From: a virus
Taxonomy: Duplodnaviria; Caudoviricetes
DNA length: 52,517 nucleotides
Strand: one strand, 5' to 3'
IMG/VR virus record: IMGVR_UViG_3300025000_000135
Span: 1-52,517 of that record
A program made the position numbers and the translations under genes. The notes below the pieces were generated by a model. It did not search any database, was not told where the DNA came from, and was given only the letters and a program-made list of their open reading frames with translations. This document shows positions 9,183 through 17,656 of this stretch, piece after piece. The stretch's first letter is position 1. Each line of letters starts with the position of its first letter.

Positions 9183-11555
9183 TCACACTCCCTTTATAGG
9201 AGCAGGTAATTTAGTAATAAACTTAGCATATCCTTCTTTACATTTGATCAAATTTAAAGAATTGTATCTAGGCAACTTCAATAAATCCTCCATCTCATAT
9301 GGTTGCAATTCATCTTTTAATTCATTATAATTCTGCTTATCACAGCCAGATAATAACATATAGCTTGCATTTGCACTTCTCAATTCATCTCTAATGCCCT
9401 TGATCTGGTTTAGATAATGGCAACTAATAATAGGTTTTAGCCGAAACTTAGCTAATCTCGATAATTTCTCAGTTAAAAATAACTCAGTATGATTAACTTG
9501 ATATAATTCATCAATAAACAAATTTACCTTAATTCTATCTCCTTTATCTCTAAATTTTTCTGCTCTTAATTGAAGTGATAACCACAACTTAGTCATCCAA
9601 TAAGTGCAATAAACATCTCTTTCTGCATCTGTTGAAAACATAGATTCAGGCATCCTTAAACATATTAATTGTGGTTTTTGAAGTTCATCAATTAAATTAA
9701 TATTATCTTCTGTGCCTTTCTTCAACATCAATTCCATATAGGTATTTGATTTTAGTTTTTGTAGACGATCTAAAATTCCTGTAATATAAGAGTGTTTAGT
9801 GCCAATTACATATCCTTCCTTATTTACCTCATCCAATTCTTCTAGAGCAGAAAGATATTCTGATAAATTATCCTTTTGACTAGAAGGGGTATTGTGAATA
9901 AAATTACTTCTTACTGAATGATCTACTAAAATATCAAAAACATCCTTAATATTTCCACCTTGAATAAACGCAATTATTGAAGATGCCGTAAGATACCTTT
10001 CCATTCTTGGAGCAAGAGTTTTTTCATCTGCATTGACAGAATTAATAAGGGTTAACAATTGAGTAGTTTGTTTTTTAGCATTGTCATATTGAATAAATAC
10101 ATCAGAATCTATTCCTACTTCATTATACCCAAGACCTTGAAGTTTACTTATGTCACCACATTCGATAATCTTAACTCTATCATCAGGAAATACACTAGCA
10201 ATTTCCATTGATAATTCACAGTTTTCTATGAAATCAAAAATTAAACAGCATTCATTATGTTGCATCGCATTTTTTGCGAGGTTCTGAATTAATATACTCT
10301 TACCACTTCTAGTAGGCCCGCAAAGCACAAGAGTTAACTGCTGATATTCTTTATCTGTACTAAGAAATGCTTCTTGTTTAATACCTCTATATGTGTTTGT
10401 TCCTACACACATAATACCTGTTCTTAAATCTTCAGGAACTTGTGTTTCTTGAGTATTAACTTTATCAATAAAATTAAATCTATCAAGAATTTTTCTACCT
10501 GCTAAAGCAATAAAATTTTGACACTCTCCAGATGAAATCTTATTAATTTCAGCTCCTTTTATAGAATAATCAGTAGGATTAAATTTCTGACTGTAATATT
10601 TTGCTTTAACAGAATTACCTCCATCCTCTTCATTTATTACTTCAAAACTCTGAGATAAACTTTTAGCATGATTAATCTCTCTTATCTTATCTAAACTCTC
10701 TGATAATATAATAATTTGAGTATTTAATATAACGTCTGTTGCTTTAGAATAAGTTGATTTACTAACTGCTGATTTATTCATCCTTTCAATAACTTTTTCC
10801 ATTTGTACTAAACTATCCGTTGATAATCCTTTCTTTTTAGATGGTTTACCCGAAGTAACTTCTCCTAGTAAATCACTTATTCCAATCACAATAGTAATGA
10901 GGATTTTGCCTAAATACCATATATTTAATTTTTGTCTATCGGTTGGCAAACCATCTCTTACTTTTTGAATTGTGTTTTTATACTCAGATTTCCATGAAAA
11001 TTGATTAGTAGGAATAAAATTATAAAATATTCCTACTTTATCACCTTTTTCTAATACGTCTATAATATTAAGATTTGAATTAAGGAGTTCGCTACTACGC
11101 TTATCAATAGATAAACTAAGTGCATCTTCTTTAGAATAAACTAATTGATACTTAGTGGATTTTTCACAAAATATAGGAATTGCATCAACTTCTTTAATAG
11201 TAACATTTGCCCATGAATCCTTAATCTTCTCTTTCAATAAAGATAAGTAATTTTTTGGGATAATAAAATAGAATTGTACGTTTTCTTTTTCAATAAAAAT
11301 GAAATATGACACTTTTTCTGGCATTTGATAACTGTATTTAGTTCCAACCATAAATTGTCTCTTAAATGGATATAGTTTAATTAATTTTCCTTCCTCTACT
11401 TTGATATGGCGAGATACACCTTGAAAGATTGTAGAAATTGATTTAGCAATTCGATCTGTACTTTTGTTTTCAATGGAATTATTTGGAGTTAATTTTAGAT
11501 AGATATACTCAGGGTGAATAATTTCAAAATAGTTACTTAATTTAATTCCCTTCAT
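9183..11555 (-). CDS. VirB4/VirD4/HerA-FtsK-superfamily P-loop ATPase
   Basis: Walker A GPTRSGKS, LIFD, Walker B LFIDE, ISCHYLNQ (sensor H-x-x-x-Q), NAS, LPRY; hydrophobic segment near residues 211-230. Confidence 0.75.
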   Translation of the reverse strand: MKGIKLSNYFEIIHPEYIYLKLTPNNSIENKSTDRIAKSISTIFQGVSRHIKVEEGKLIKLYPFKRQFMVGTKYSYQMPEKVSYFIFIEKENVQFYFIIPKNYLSLLKEKIKDSWANVTIKEVDAIPIFCEKSTKYQLVYSKEDALSLSIDKRSSELLNSNLNIIDVLEKGDKVGIFYNFIPTNQFSWKSEYKNTIQKVRDGLPTDRQKLNIWYLGKILITIVIGISDLLGEVTSGKPSKKKGLSTDSLVQMEKVIERMNKSAVSKSTYSKATDVILNTQIIILSESLDKIREINHAKSLSQSFEVINEEDGGNSVKAKYYSQKFNPTDYSIKGAEINKISSGECQNFIALAGRKILDRFNFIDKVNTQETQVPEDLRTGIMCVGTNTYRGIKQEAFLSTDKEYQQLTLVLCGPTRSGKSILIQNLAKNAMQHNECCLIFDFIENCELSMEIASVFPDDRVKIIECGDISKLQGLGYNEVGIDSDVFIQYDNAKKQTTQLLTLINSVNADEKTLAPRMERYLTASSIIAFIQGGNIKDVFDILVDHSVRSNFIHNTPSSQKDNLSEYLSALEELDEVNKEGYVIGTKHSYITGILDRLQKLKSNTYMELMLKKGTEDNINLIDELQKPQLICLRMPESMFSTDAERDVYCTYWMTKLWLSLQLRAEKFRDKGDRIKVNLFIDELYQVNHTELFLTEKLSRLAKFRLKPIISCHYLNQIKGIRDELRSANASYMLLSGCDKQNYNELKDELQPYEMEDLLKLPRYNSLNLIKCKEGYAKFITKLPAPIKGV

Positions 11556-11567
11556 TTGATAACCTCC

Positions 11568-11810
11568 TCATCCCAACAAATATTTAATCATAGTGTTAGT
11601 AACAATTAATATACCAACCTTTTGCAATCCTGACTTATAACCTCCAATGTAAAGGATTATAAGCACCCCACAACCAATTAAAGTAACTGCGTGAGACATA
11701 TATACAATATTTGAAATAATTCCTGTCATAACCCAATTAAAACTTTCACTGACACTTTCTTTTAATGCAGTTTTTATGGATGTAGTAAACCAATCTGCAT
11801 AATTTACCAT
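11568..11810 (-). CDS. small two-TM membrane protein
   Basis: two hydrophobic segments; abuts both neighbouring genes. Confidence 0.7.
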   Translation of the reverse strand: MVNYADWFTTSIKTALKESVSESFNWVMTGIISNIVYMSHAVTLIGCGVLIILYIGGYKSGLQKVGILIVTNTMIKYLLG

Positions 11811-12152
11811 TCACTTCAAACCTCCTATCATGGCATCGATTTGATCTAAGCCGTAAGGAAGCAATAATAAAAGAGCGTACATACCTAAGTAACTCAGAAT
11901 TGTTTTCTTGGTAGCTTGAAAATCACCAGCAAGTGCATGTTGAACTATTTCTAATCCTCCTTTAATTAGAATTACTGCTCTACCAAGACCTAATACTTTC
12001 CTGTAAAATTGATCTGATGTTTGCTCAATTGTTGCTACTCCAAGGGCAACAGAAGGATCAATTAGAATAATATAACCAACTATTAATCCTCCTTGCAAAT
12101 ATTTAATTCCATGTTTTTTTAAGTGAGTTTTAACAGTATTTTTCTTTAACAT
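11811..12152 (-). CDS. VirB2/TrbC pilin-like membrane protein
   Basis: basic N-terminus, hydrophobic leader ending PSVALG, then two hydrophobic helices joined by G-D..AxK; RBS aaggagtgg. Confidence 0.55.
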   Translation of the reverse strand: MLKKNTVKTHLKKHGIKYLQGGLIVGYIILIDPSVALGVATIEQTSDQFYRKVLGLGRAVILIKGGLEIVQHALAGDFQATKKTILSYLGMYALLLLLPYGLDQIDAMIGGLK

Positions 12153-12214
12153 AAATTACCACTCCTTAATTTAAGGAAATATGTGATAAAAGAGTTCTAA
12201 ATTGAATGACCTGT

Positions 12215-12243
12215 AGCATATTGTTAGGTATAACTAGTTATGC
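12215..12243 (-). promoter_or_regulatory. possible sigmaE-like promoter of the pilin-like/ATPase/M23 operon
   Basis: minus strand gcATA-N16-aATAtgcT versus sigmaE ATA-N16-18-CATAcanT. Confidence 0.3.
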
Positions 12244-12292
12244 CGAACAAATTTAGCATAAGTCTATCTAACTTTATAATCCCATCTCTTTT

Positions 12293-12322
12293 GTATATTT
12301 ATTATGATTGTTGGTGATAATA
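12293..12322 (+). promoter_or_regulatory. sigmaF(/G)-type promoter
   Basis: GTATA-N15-GGtgAtAaTa matches the B. subtilis sigmaF consensus GYWTA-N15-GGnrAnAnTw. Confidence 0.5.
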
Positions 12323-12353
12323 CAGTCATAATTAATCTTAAGGAGATGATATT

Positions 12354-12440
12354 ATGCCATTAGTTGCAGGATTTTATGTTGCTCTAGGAGGCGGAATGAT
12401 TTACTCAGGAATTTTAACATTAGCAAGTTTATTGAATTAG
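12354..12440 (+). CDS. 28-aa hydrophobic peptide (not in ORF track)
   Basis: RBS aaggagatga; MPLVAGFYVALGGGMIYSGILTLASLLN*; terminator-like stem atcccc/ggggat plus T run downstream. Confidence 0.65.
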   Translation: MPLVAGFYVALGGGMIYSGILTLASLLN

Positions 12441-12522
12441 GATTATACCTTTTCACCAAATCCCCTTTTTGGGGATATTTTTTTGCATTTTTTAATAAAA
12501 TGCCTTAAACACCAAGAAATTA

Positions 12523-12723
12523 TCACTCAATAACTCCTTTCAATCTAAGAAAAATAAATTCAGCTTCCAATACTCTTGCCACAGTTTTCTTATCAATATC
12601 AGTTAATTTAACAGTAAAATCAATTAATTCTTCTTCATTGATAAATGGTGGTCTAACAATTGCCCTACCCACAAAAATACTATGAATTTGCTTTTGAAAA
12701 TCGGATATAAGTTGTTTAATCAT
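12523..12723 (-). CDS. small hypothetical protein (HU-like helix pair)
   Basis: aggagg RBS; EEELIDF..KLTDIDKKTVARVLEA resembles HU helices 1-2. Confidence 0.55.
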   Translation of the reverse strand: MIKQLISDFQKQIHSIFVGRAIVRPPFINEEELIDFTVKLTDIDKKTVARVLEAEFIFLRLKGVIE

Positions 12724-12738
12724 AATTCAAATCCTCCT

Positions 12739-13215
12739 CTACTCCCAATCCCACTCACAATTAAAACATCTATACCTCAAATTATCTTTATCACAAACCT
12801 CAAAATCATCACCTAATTCATCAACATTCATAGTTTCAAGATTAATATAAGCCATTCCCATAACCATTCCTCTACCGATAATGTTCGAGGATCTACATTT
12901 AGGATTAGGACATTGAGTTGGAATAATTTTCTCATAATTATTGGTTGATCCTGGTTTTACCTTTAATCCAATTTCAGGTTTTCTCATTGATAATTTCAAC
13001 CCTTTTTTAGTAATGTAAAAAGTTCCTGAATTTAATTCCTTAAATCCAGAGTCCAATAACCCAAGAAGTTTCAAGTGATTTACGTAGTTCCTTGTTCTAA
13101 AATAATTAATCTCAATCCCTTTGCTAATATTTCTGATAGTTCGACTATTAATTTCATTGATTAATTTGTTTTCTAACATATGTTGCAATATTTCTACTTC
13201 AACTTTATTAAGCAT
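12739..13215 (-). CDS. winged-HTH plus Zn-ribbon protein
   Basis: N-terminal wHTH ending FYITKKG; C-terminal CPNPKC...CFNC. Confidence 0.6.
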   Translation of the reverse strand: MLNKVEVEILQHMLENKLINEINSRTIRNISKGIEINYFRTRNYVNHLKLLGLLDSGFKELNSGTFYITKKGLKLSMRKPEIGLKVKPGSTNNYEKIIPTQCPNPKCRSSNIIGRGMVMGMAYINLETMNVDELGDDFEVCDKDNLRYRCFNCEWDWE

Positions 13216-13356
13216 TTAGATAATCACCCTCAATCTTTTTCAATGTCTGAAAATGTTTCATGATTAATCTTACTGAGGATTGCTTGATTATTATGTATAA
13301 CAATTTATTCCAAAAGAAAAAGCCCTGACTTCTCAGGACTAAAAAATTGATATAAA

Positions 13357-13611
13357 TTAATCATCAAACATATTAAAATTGATTTCTTTTACTGGTTTTG
13401 CTTCTAACTTATCCTCCGTTCCAATTTCATTCATTTTAGTAAATCCATTTATATAACTTTCCTCTTCATCCTCTAACATTACCTTATTTTCGCCTTCAAA
13501 AAAGTAATTATACAATGCTCTTCTAATTACTTTGCTTCTTTTATTTTTTGGAATTGCATCTAATAAAGGTTTTAAGATGGCATCGTCTCTAAAGTTTCTG
13601 ATTTCCCCCAT
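13357..13611 (-). CDS. ParR-like ribbon-helix-helix adaptor
   Basis: IRNFR..D..L...LDAIPK..RSKVIRRAL pattern plus acidic tail; overlaps the end of the parM-like gene. Confidence 0.6.
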   Translation of the reverse strand: MGEIRNFRDDAILKPLLDAIPKNKRSKVIRRALYNYFFEGENKVMLEDEEESYINGFTKMNEIGTEDKLEAKPVKEINFNMFDD

Positions 13612-14462
13612 GATAGATTTTTCACCAACTTTTCTGCCCCTCTAACATTTGAGAATTGACCTTTATGCAAAATCTTGTTTGTGTAAGGTAAAAAATGATA
13701 TATAGCAGTACCTCCTCCACCAGTAATGATTATTTTATCTATTTTCTTTAAGTCATAAAAAGTAGATATATCTGCTTTAATTAACGTTGCTACATCTTGG
13801 TATAAATGTGCTAATGAATTATACCCGTCATACAAATCTACTTCATATATTTTCCTTCCGGCACGTTTATAAATTTGCCACATGCCATTACTTGTAGTTT
13901 TACAAAGTTCTCTAACTATTTCACCTCTAAGTAGATAAATTAAATTAACTGTTCCCATACCTACATCAACTATCAAAGTAACATTAGGAATTTCTTCTTT
14001 TGTCTTACCTTCATCGTCTAAAAAATAGTCCATAGACGAACAATATCCTTGAGGTAATGCTTTAATTAATAGTGGTTTAAAAATATGAGTATATTCAATA
14101 TCTCCAATCTTATAATTAATATCCATGTCATGTGAAAACATATCAACAATTTGCTTTTTCTCAGTAAAATAAGATTCAAATGGAAAAAGAAAAACTACTT
14201 TATCCTCATTTTTATAATTACATAAAGTATATTTGGTAAGAACCTTGAATGTAGATTGCTCCGTTTTAATTCCTTCAAGAGAATAGTCTTGAGCATAACC
14301 ATGAAGTATTGCATCTTCGCCAATATAATGATCGTCAATTACCCACATCTTTTTTTCAGTAAATGAATCTTGATATTTACCTATGACGGATAAAATTTTT
14401 AATTCCTTTCCTTTTGAATTTAGTGCTTTTACATAGCTATTGCCACAGTCTAAGAATAACAT
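13572..14462 (-). CDS. parM: ParM/StbA actin-like ATPase
   Basis: phosphate-1 DCGNSYVK, PQG, phosphate-2 DVGMGT, adenosine TGGG, NVRG. Confidence 0.85.
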   Translation of the reverse strand: MLFLDCGNSYVKALNSKGKELKILSVIGKYQDSFTEKKMWVIDDHYIGEDAILHGYAQDYSLEGIKTEQSTFKVLTKYTLCNYKNEDKVVFLFPFESYFTEKKQIVDMFSHDMDINYKIGDIEYTHIFKPLLIKALPQGYCSSMDYFLDDEGKTKEEIPNVTLIVDVGMGTVNLIYLLRGEIVRELCKTTSNGMWQIYKRAGRKIYEVDLYDGYNSLAHLYQDVATLIKADISTFYDLKKIDKIIITGGGGTAIYHFLPYTNKILHKGQFSNVRGAEKLVKNLSWGKSETLETMPS

Positions 14463-14480
14463 TTTTACTCCCCCTATCCT

Positions 14481-14521
14481 TGTAATACATTTGTGTTACA
14501 CTGTCTTACGATTGTATTACA
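14481..14521. repeat. parC-like array / operator of four TGTnnTACA-type units
   Basis: tgtaataca 14481, tgtgttaca 14492, tgtcttacg 14502, tgtattaca 14513 (10-11 bp period), between the promoter and the parM RBS. Confidence 0.65.
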
Positions 14522-14522
14522 A

Positions 14523-14552
14523 ATTATATGAAGATGCAAGGTTGGATTATGA
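14523..14552 (-). promoter_or_regulatory. sigmaE-type promoter of parM-parR
   Basis: minus strand TCATAAT...CATATAAT, with 17 nt between ATA and CATA. Confidence 0.5.
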
Positions 14553-14563
14553 TTTAATTTTCA

Positions 14564-14711
14564 ATGTGTCATACATAGTTTTTAGCTTGTTTATGTAACA
14601 TTTAAAATTGAAGTAAGATGATCTATTAATAAAATAAGCCCTACAACCCTTGATATAACTGAATTTGTAGTTATTTGATGAATGTGACATAACTTTTTTA
14701 TTATGTAACAT
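14564..14711. repeat. two pairs of ATGTnACAT palindromic boxes
   Basis: atgtgtcat 14564, atgtaacat 14593, atgtgacat 14682, atgtaacat 14703. Confidence 0.55.
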
Positions 14712-14878
14712 TAAATTATTAATCTATTCTAAATTTATAATTTAATAAAATTGTAGTATATAAATAGTAAGTAGGTATACTTAGGTATACCAATAAACCT
14801 GTTGAGTACAAAATTAAATCTGTGATTATAAATTATTTGTATTTAAGTATTTTGCTTTGTTCGTAACTATGATATACT

Positions 14879-14900
14879 TAGTGACATACATAGTACACTA
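14879..14900. promoter_or_regulatory. candidate operator/centromere of the ParA system
   Basis: tagtgacata + tagtacacta at 12-bp spacing; similar units recur inside 15751-16629. Confidence 0.5.
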
Positions 14901-14953
14901 CTCTATGTATTGGAAAAGTAATTATTAATTGTACTATGATTAATAGTTAAAAG

Positions 14954-15754
14954 GTGGTTATTATTGTGAGTAAATTAAATACTAAGATTATCGCAATATC
15001 TCTTCAGAAAGGTGGAGTGGGTAAAACAACTACTACGGTTTGTTTAGGTATGTCATTAGCTAAAAAAGGCAAGAAAATTCTTCTAATTGATTTTGATCCT
15101 CAAGGCCAAATTGCTCTTAGTTTTGGAATGAGACCCGAATCAATTGAAAAAACAATTTATGATGTATTTGTAGATAAGCACACTATTAAAGATGTAATTA
15201 TTAAAACTGACTATAAAAATGTTCATCTCATTCCTTCTAATTTATCTTTGGCAAATTTTGATATGCTCGTAGAACATAATAGGGAGGATTTTGTTCCGGC
15301 CTTATGGTTAAAAAACGCCATCGTAGACATTTTAGAAAATTATGATTTTGTGATTATTGATTGCCCTCCAAGTTTGGGATGGTTAACAGTAAATTGTCTT
15401 TCTTGTGCTAATGGTGTAATTATTCCTACTCCCCCAGAACAATTTGCGTTAAGTGGCCTCAACGATCTCAGCAAAACTGTAAAAATGGTTAAAGAAAATT
15501 ATAATTCCGATTTACAAATTTACGGAGTTTTAATGACTATTTTTACAGCACGAACAAATCTTTCTACAAATGTATCTCAAGAGATTCAAAAGTTTTGCGA
15601 ACAACATAATATCAGAGTATTTAATACGGCTATTAGAAGGTCTGTAAGAATTGGAGAAGCACAGTTTGTTGGCCAACCTCCTTTAGTTTATTCTCCTACT
15701 AATGATGCTGTAAAAGACTATGATGGATTTGGAAATGAGGTGTTGAAACTATGA
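14954..15754 (+). CDS. parA: ParA/Soj Walker-type partition ATPase
   Basis: KGGVGKTTT, IDFDPQG, IIDCPP; no N-terminal HTH (type Ib-like). Confidence 0.92.
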   Translation: MVIIVSKLNTKIIAISLQKGGVGKTTTTVCLGMSLAKKGKKILLIDFDPQGQIALSFGMRPESIEKTIYDVFVDKHTIKDVIIKTDYKNVHLIPSNLSLANFDMLVEHNREDFVPALWLKNAIVDILENYDFVIIDCPPSLGWLTVNCLSCANGVIIPTPPEQFALSGLNDLSKTVKMVKENYNSDLQIYGVLMTIFTARTNLSTNVSQEIQKFCEQHNIRVFNTAIRRSVRIGEAQFVGQPPLVYSPTNDAVKDYDGFGNEVLKL

Positions 15755-16629
15755 GTGCAAAGAAGAAACTCATTCCAGCAGTAGGATTTGCTAAAAGTAA
15801 GGATATTGAACAGATTACCGTAGTAGATACTGAAGTAGAAGCTATCAAGGATGTTGTACGTGAAACTATTCAAGATGCTGATGAGGTAAATGCATTGGAA
15901 TTGGTACAAGATACTAATGATAATACCAATCATGAAAGTGTTCAGGTTAATATTATGGACTCTAATAATGGTAGTATATTGAGTGATGAAGATAGTAGTA
16001 CACTGTCTATGTCACTGTGTACAATACTAGATCCTGAATTTGATAATAAATTAAGTAGCGAGGATACTGCTGACAATATTTCTATACAGGGAAATATTCA
16101 AAGTAGCGATAGTAAGGAAATTGACCAAAATATTGCTCATGAAGGTCTGAAAGGGGTTAAAAGTAGTATAAATGAACCTATCAAGACAACTACTCAGGAA
16201 ACTATTATTGAATCTTCTCAAGATAGTAGGAATAATAATGAACAGGTTGATGAAGTGTTGCCAATATTAGATAATTCACTAGATGTGGTAGATGTTACTA
16301 CTCATATCAGTAAATTTACTGAGGAATTAGATATGATACAGAGTAGTACACTGTCTAGTACACTAGAAAATAGCGAGGTATCTATTCAAGAGAATAATAA
16401 GGATATTGTAAAGGATAATGTTGTAAGTAATAAACAGTCTATTAGTAAGTTAACTTACCAGATACCAAGTAAGTCTGAGCCATTTTCAAAGCGTTTAGTG
16501 GCTAATGTTACCCCATCGCAGAAGTTATTTGTGCAAGAAATGAGCAAGAAGTTTGAAAATGAGAGTGCTTTTGTTCGTTTCATGATTTCACGGTTCATGG
16601 AAGACATTCAATTCAAGGAAAACGAATGA
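15751..16629 (+). CDS. putative ParA partner (acidic low-complexity linker, C-terminal RHH-like domain)
   Basis: ATGA overlap with parA; C-terminal KRLVANVTPSQKLFV...ESAFVRFMI. Confidence 0.6.
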   Translation: MSAKKKLIPAVGFAKSKDIEQITVVDTEVEAIKDVVRETIQDADEVNALELVQDTNDNTNHESVQVNIMDSNNGSILSDEDSSTLSMSLCTILDPEFDNKLSSEDTADNISIQGNIQSSDSKEIDQNIAHEGLKGVKSSINEPIKTTTQETIIESSQDSRNNNEQVDEVLPILDNSLDVVDVTTHISKFTEELDMIQSSTLSSTLENSEVSIQENNKDIVKDNVVSNKQSISKLTYQIPSKSEPFSKRLVANVTPSQKLFVQEMSKKFENESAFVRFMISRFMEDIQFKENE

Positions 16630-16649
16630 TATTTTATGAAAATACAAAG

Positions 16650-16696
16650 GCCCATCCAGTTCATACAATTAGTATGTTCTTGGATGGGCTTATTTT
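16650..16696 (+). terminator. intrinsic terminator
   Basis: gcccatcca / tggatgggc stem with inner catac/gtatg stem and T-rich tail. Confidence 0.65.
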
Positions 16697-16718
16697 ACGA
16701 TTAAATCTTCTGGCCTAG

Positions 16719-16766
16719 TTATTAACATGTGGATAATATTTTGGGAAACTATATTCATGTGGACAA
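16719..16766. promoter_or_regulatory. DnaA-box cluster upstream of rep
   Basis: tgtggataa 16728 (perfect, reverse), tgtggacaa 16758, ttattaaca 16719. Confidence 0.6.
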
Positions 16767-16995
16767 ATTTCATGTATAATCAGAAGGAGATTTGTATCAA
16801 GGTGTCGAATATCTCTAATTAACCTAAACAACCTAATAAAATAAGCAAAGCCCATCAGTCTTGCAAGGACTTGACAGGCTTTTGATCCAAGCAATGTTCC
16901 ATCAAACAGTTGCTTTGACGCTTCTGATAAGATTTTACCTGAATGTAGAAAGAAAATCAAGTCTATATTTGGATAATAATTTAGTAAGTATTGTC

Positions 16996-17037
16996 AAAAG
17001 TTAGTAGTTTGTAGGAATACAGGCTACTAACTTTTTT
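16996..17037. terminator. stem-loop / terminator in the rep upstream region
   Basis: aaaagttagtag / ctactaactttt. Confidence 0.6.
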
Positions 17038-17088
17038 ATTGGAGGAAATTTAAATCAAATCATCTTAACAACTTAAAAAAGAACATGC

Positions 17089-17164
17089 AAAAACCTCTTA
17101 TGAAATGCCAGAGCGACCAACTTCAACATTTCATAAGAGGCCCAGAGAAGACGTTATGAATTTC
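17089..17164 (-). ncRNA. predicted antisense copy-control RNA (about 75 nt)
   Basis: minus-strand sigmaA promoter at 17171-17199, perfect 14-bp stem 17094-17107/17127-17140 with UUGG in the loop region, then a U run. Confidence 0.6.
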
Positions 17165-17170
17165 TTTATC

Positions 17171-17199
17171 ATTTTATCATGATTTTAAAAATTTGTAAA
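17171..17199 (-). promoter_or_regulatory. sigmaA promoter of the antisense RNA
   Basis: TTTACA-N17-TAAAAT with extended TGn. Confidence 0.6.
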
Positions 17200-17256
17200 C
17201 CTCTTCTTAGCATCGCTATTGTCTTTTTTGACAAAATGCTGAAAGAAGGTTTTATT

Positions 17257-17649
17257 ATGTTTAGATTACCCAAACCACAGAAAAATTTTATGGAAGTTCC
17301 TAATATTGTTTTTGATGAACTAATACCTAGAATCAGTAATTTCTCAGCCTTAAAAGTTTATCTTTTAATGATTAGAAAAACATGGGGTTTTGCTAAAACA
17401 GGAGATTGGATTAGTATTTCTCAATTAATTAAACTTACAGGATTATCTCGCCAATCTTGTATCAATGGTTTAAATTGGTTAGAAGAGAACGGTTATGTGT
17501 GGACTGCAAGTGCAGGAGTAAATGGCAACATTAAAAAGATGATTTTTCTATGTAGTGAGGAAACAGAAATTATTGAACAATCATTTAAAGAGGGAATAAT
17601 TAGTGCAGATAAATTATATGAAAAAATGATGGAAGAAAGGGATAGTTAA
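17257..17649 (+). CDS. short replication initiator (lambda-O-like N-terminal wHTH); track start is 17179
   Basis: NFMEVPN..FDELI...LKVYL...RKTWGF.K..DWISISQL...TGLSRQS; RBS gaaagaagg before 17257. Confidence 0.75.
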   Translation: MFRLPKPQKNFMEVPNIVFDELIPRISNFSALKVYLLMIRKTWGFAKTGDWISISQLIKLTGLSRQSCINGLNWLEENGYVWTASAGVNGNIKKMIFLCSEETEIIEQSFKEGIISADKLYEKMMEERDS

Positions 17650-17656
17650 AATGTCA

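Noticed and set aside
12739-13215. Frameshift or read-through fusion of two genes
   Set aside because: An internal RBS-like aaagggttga precedes MRKPEIG, but the frame is continuous; nothing distinguishes a real fusion from two starts.
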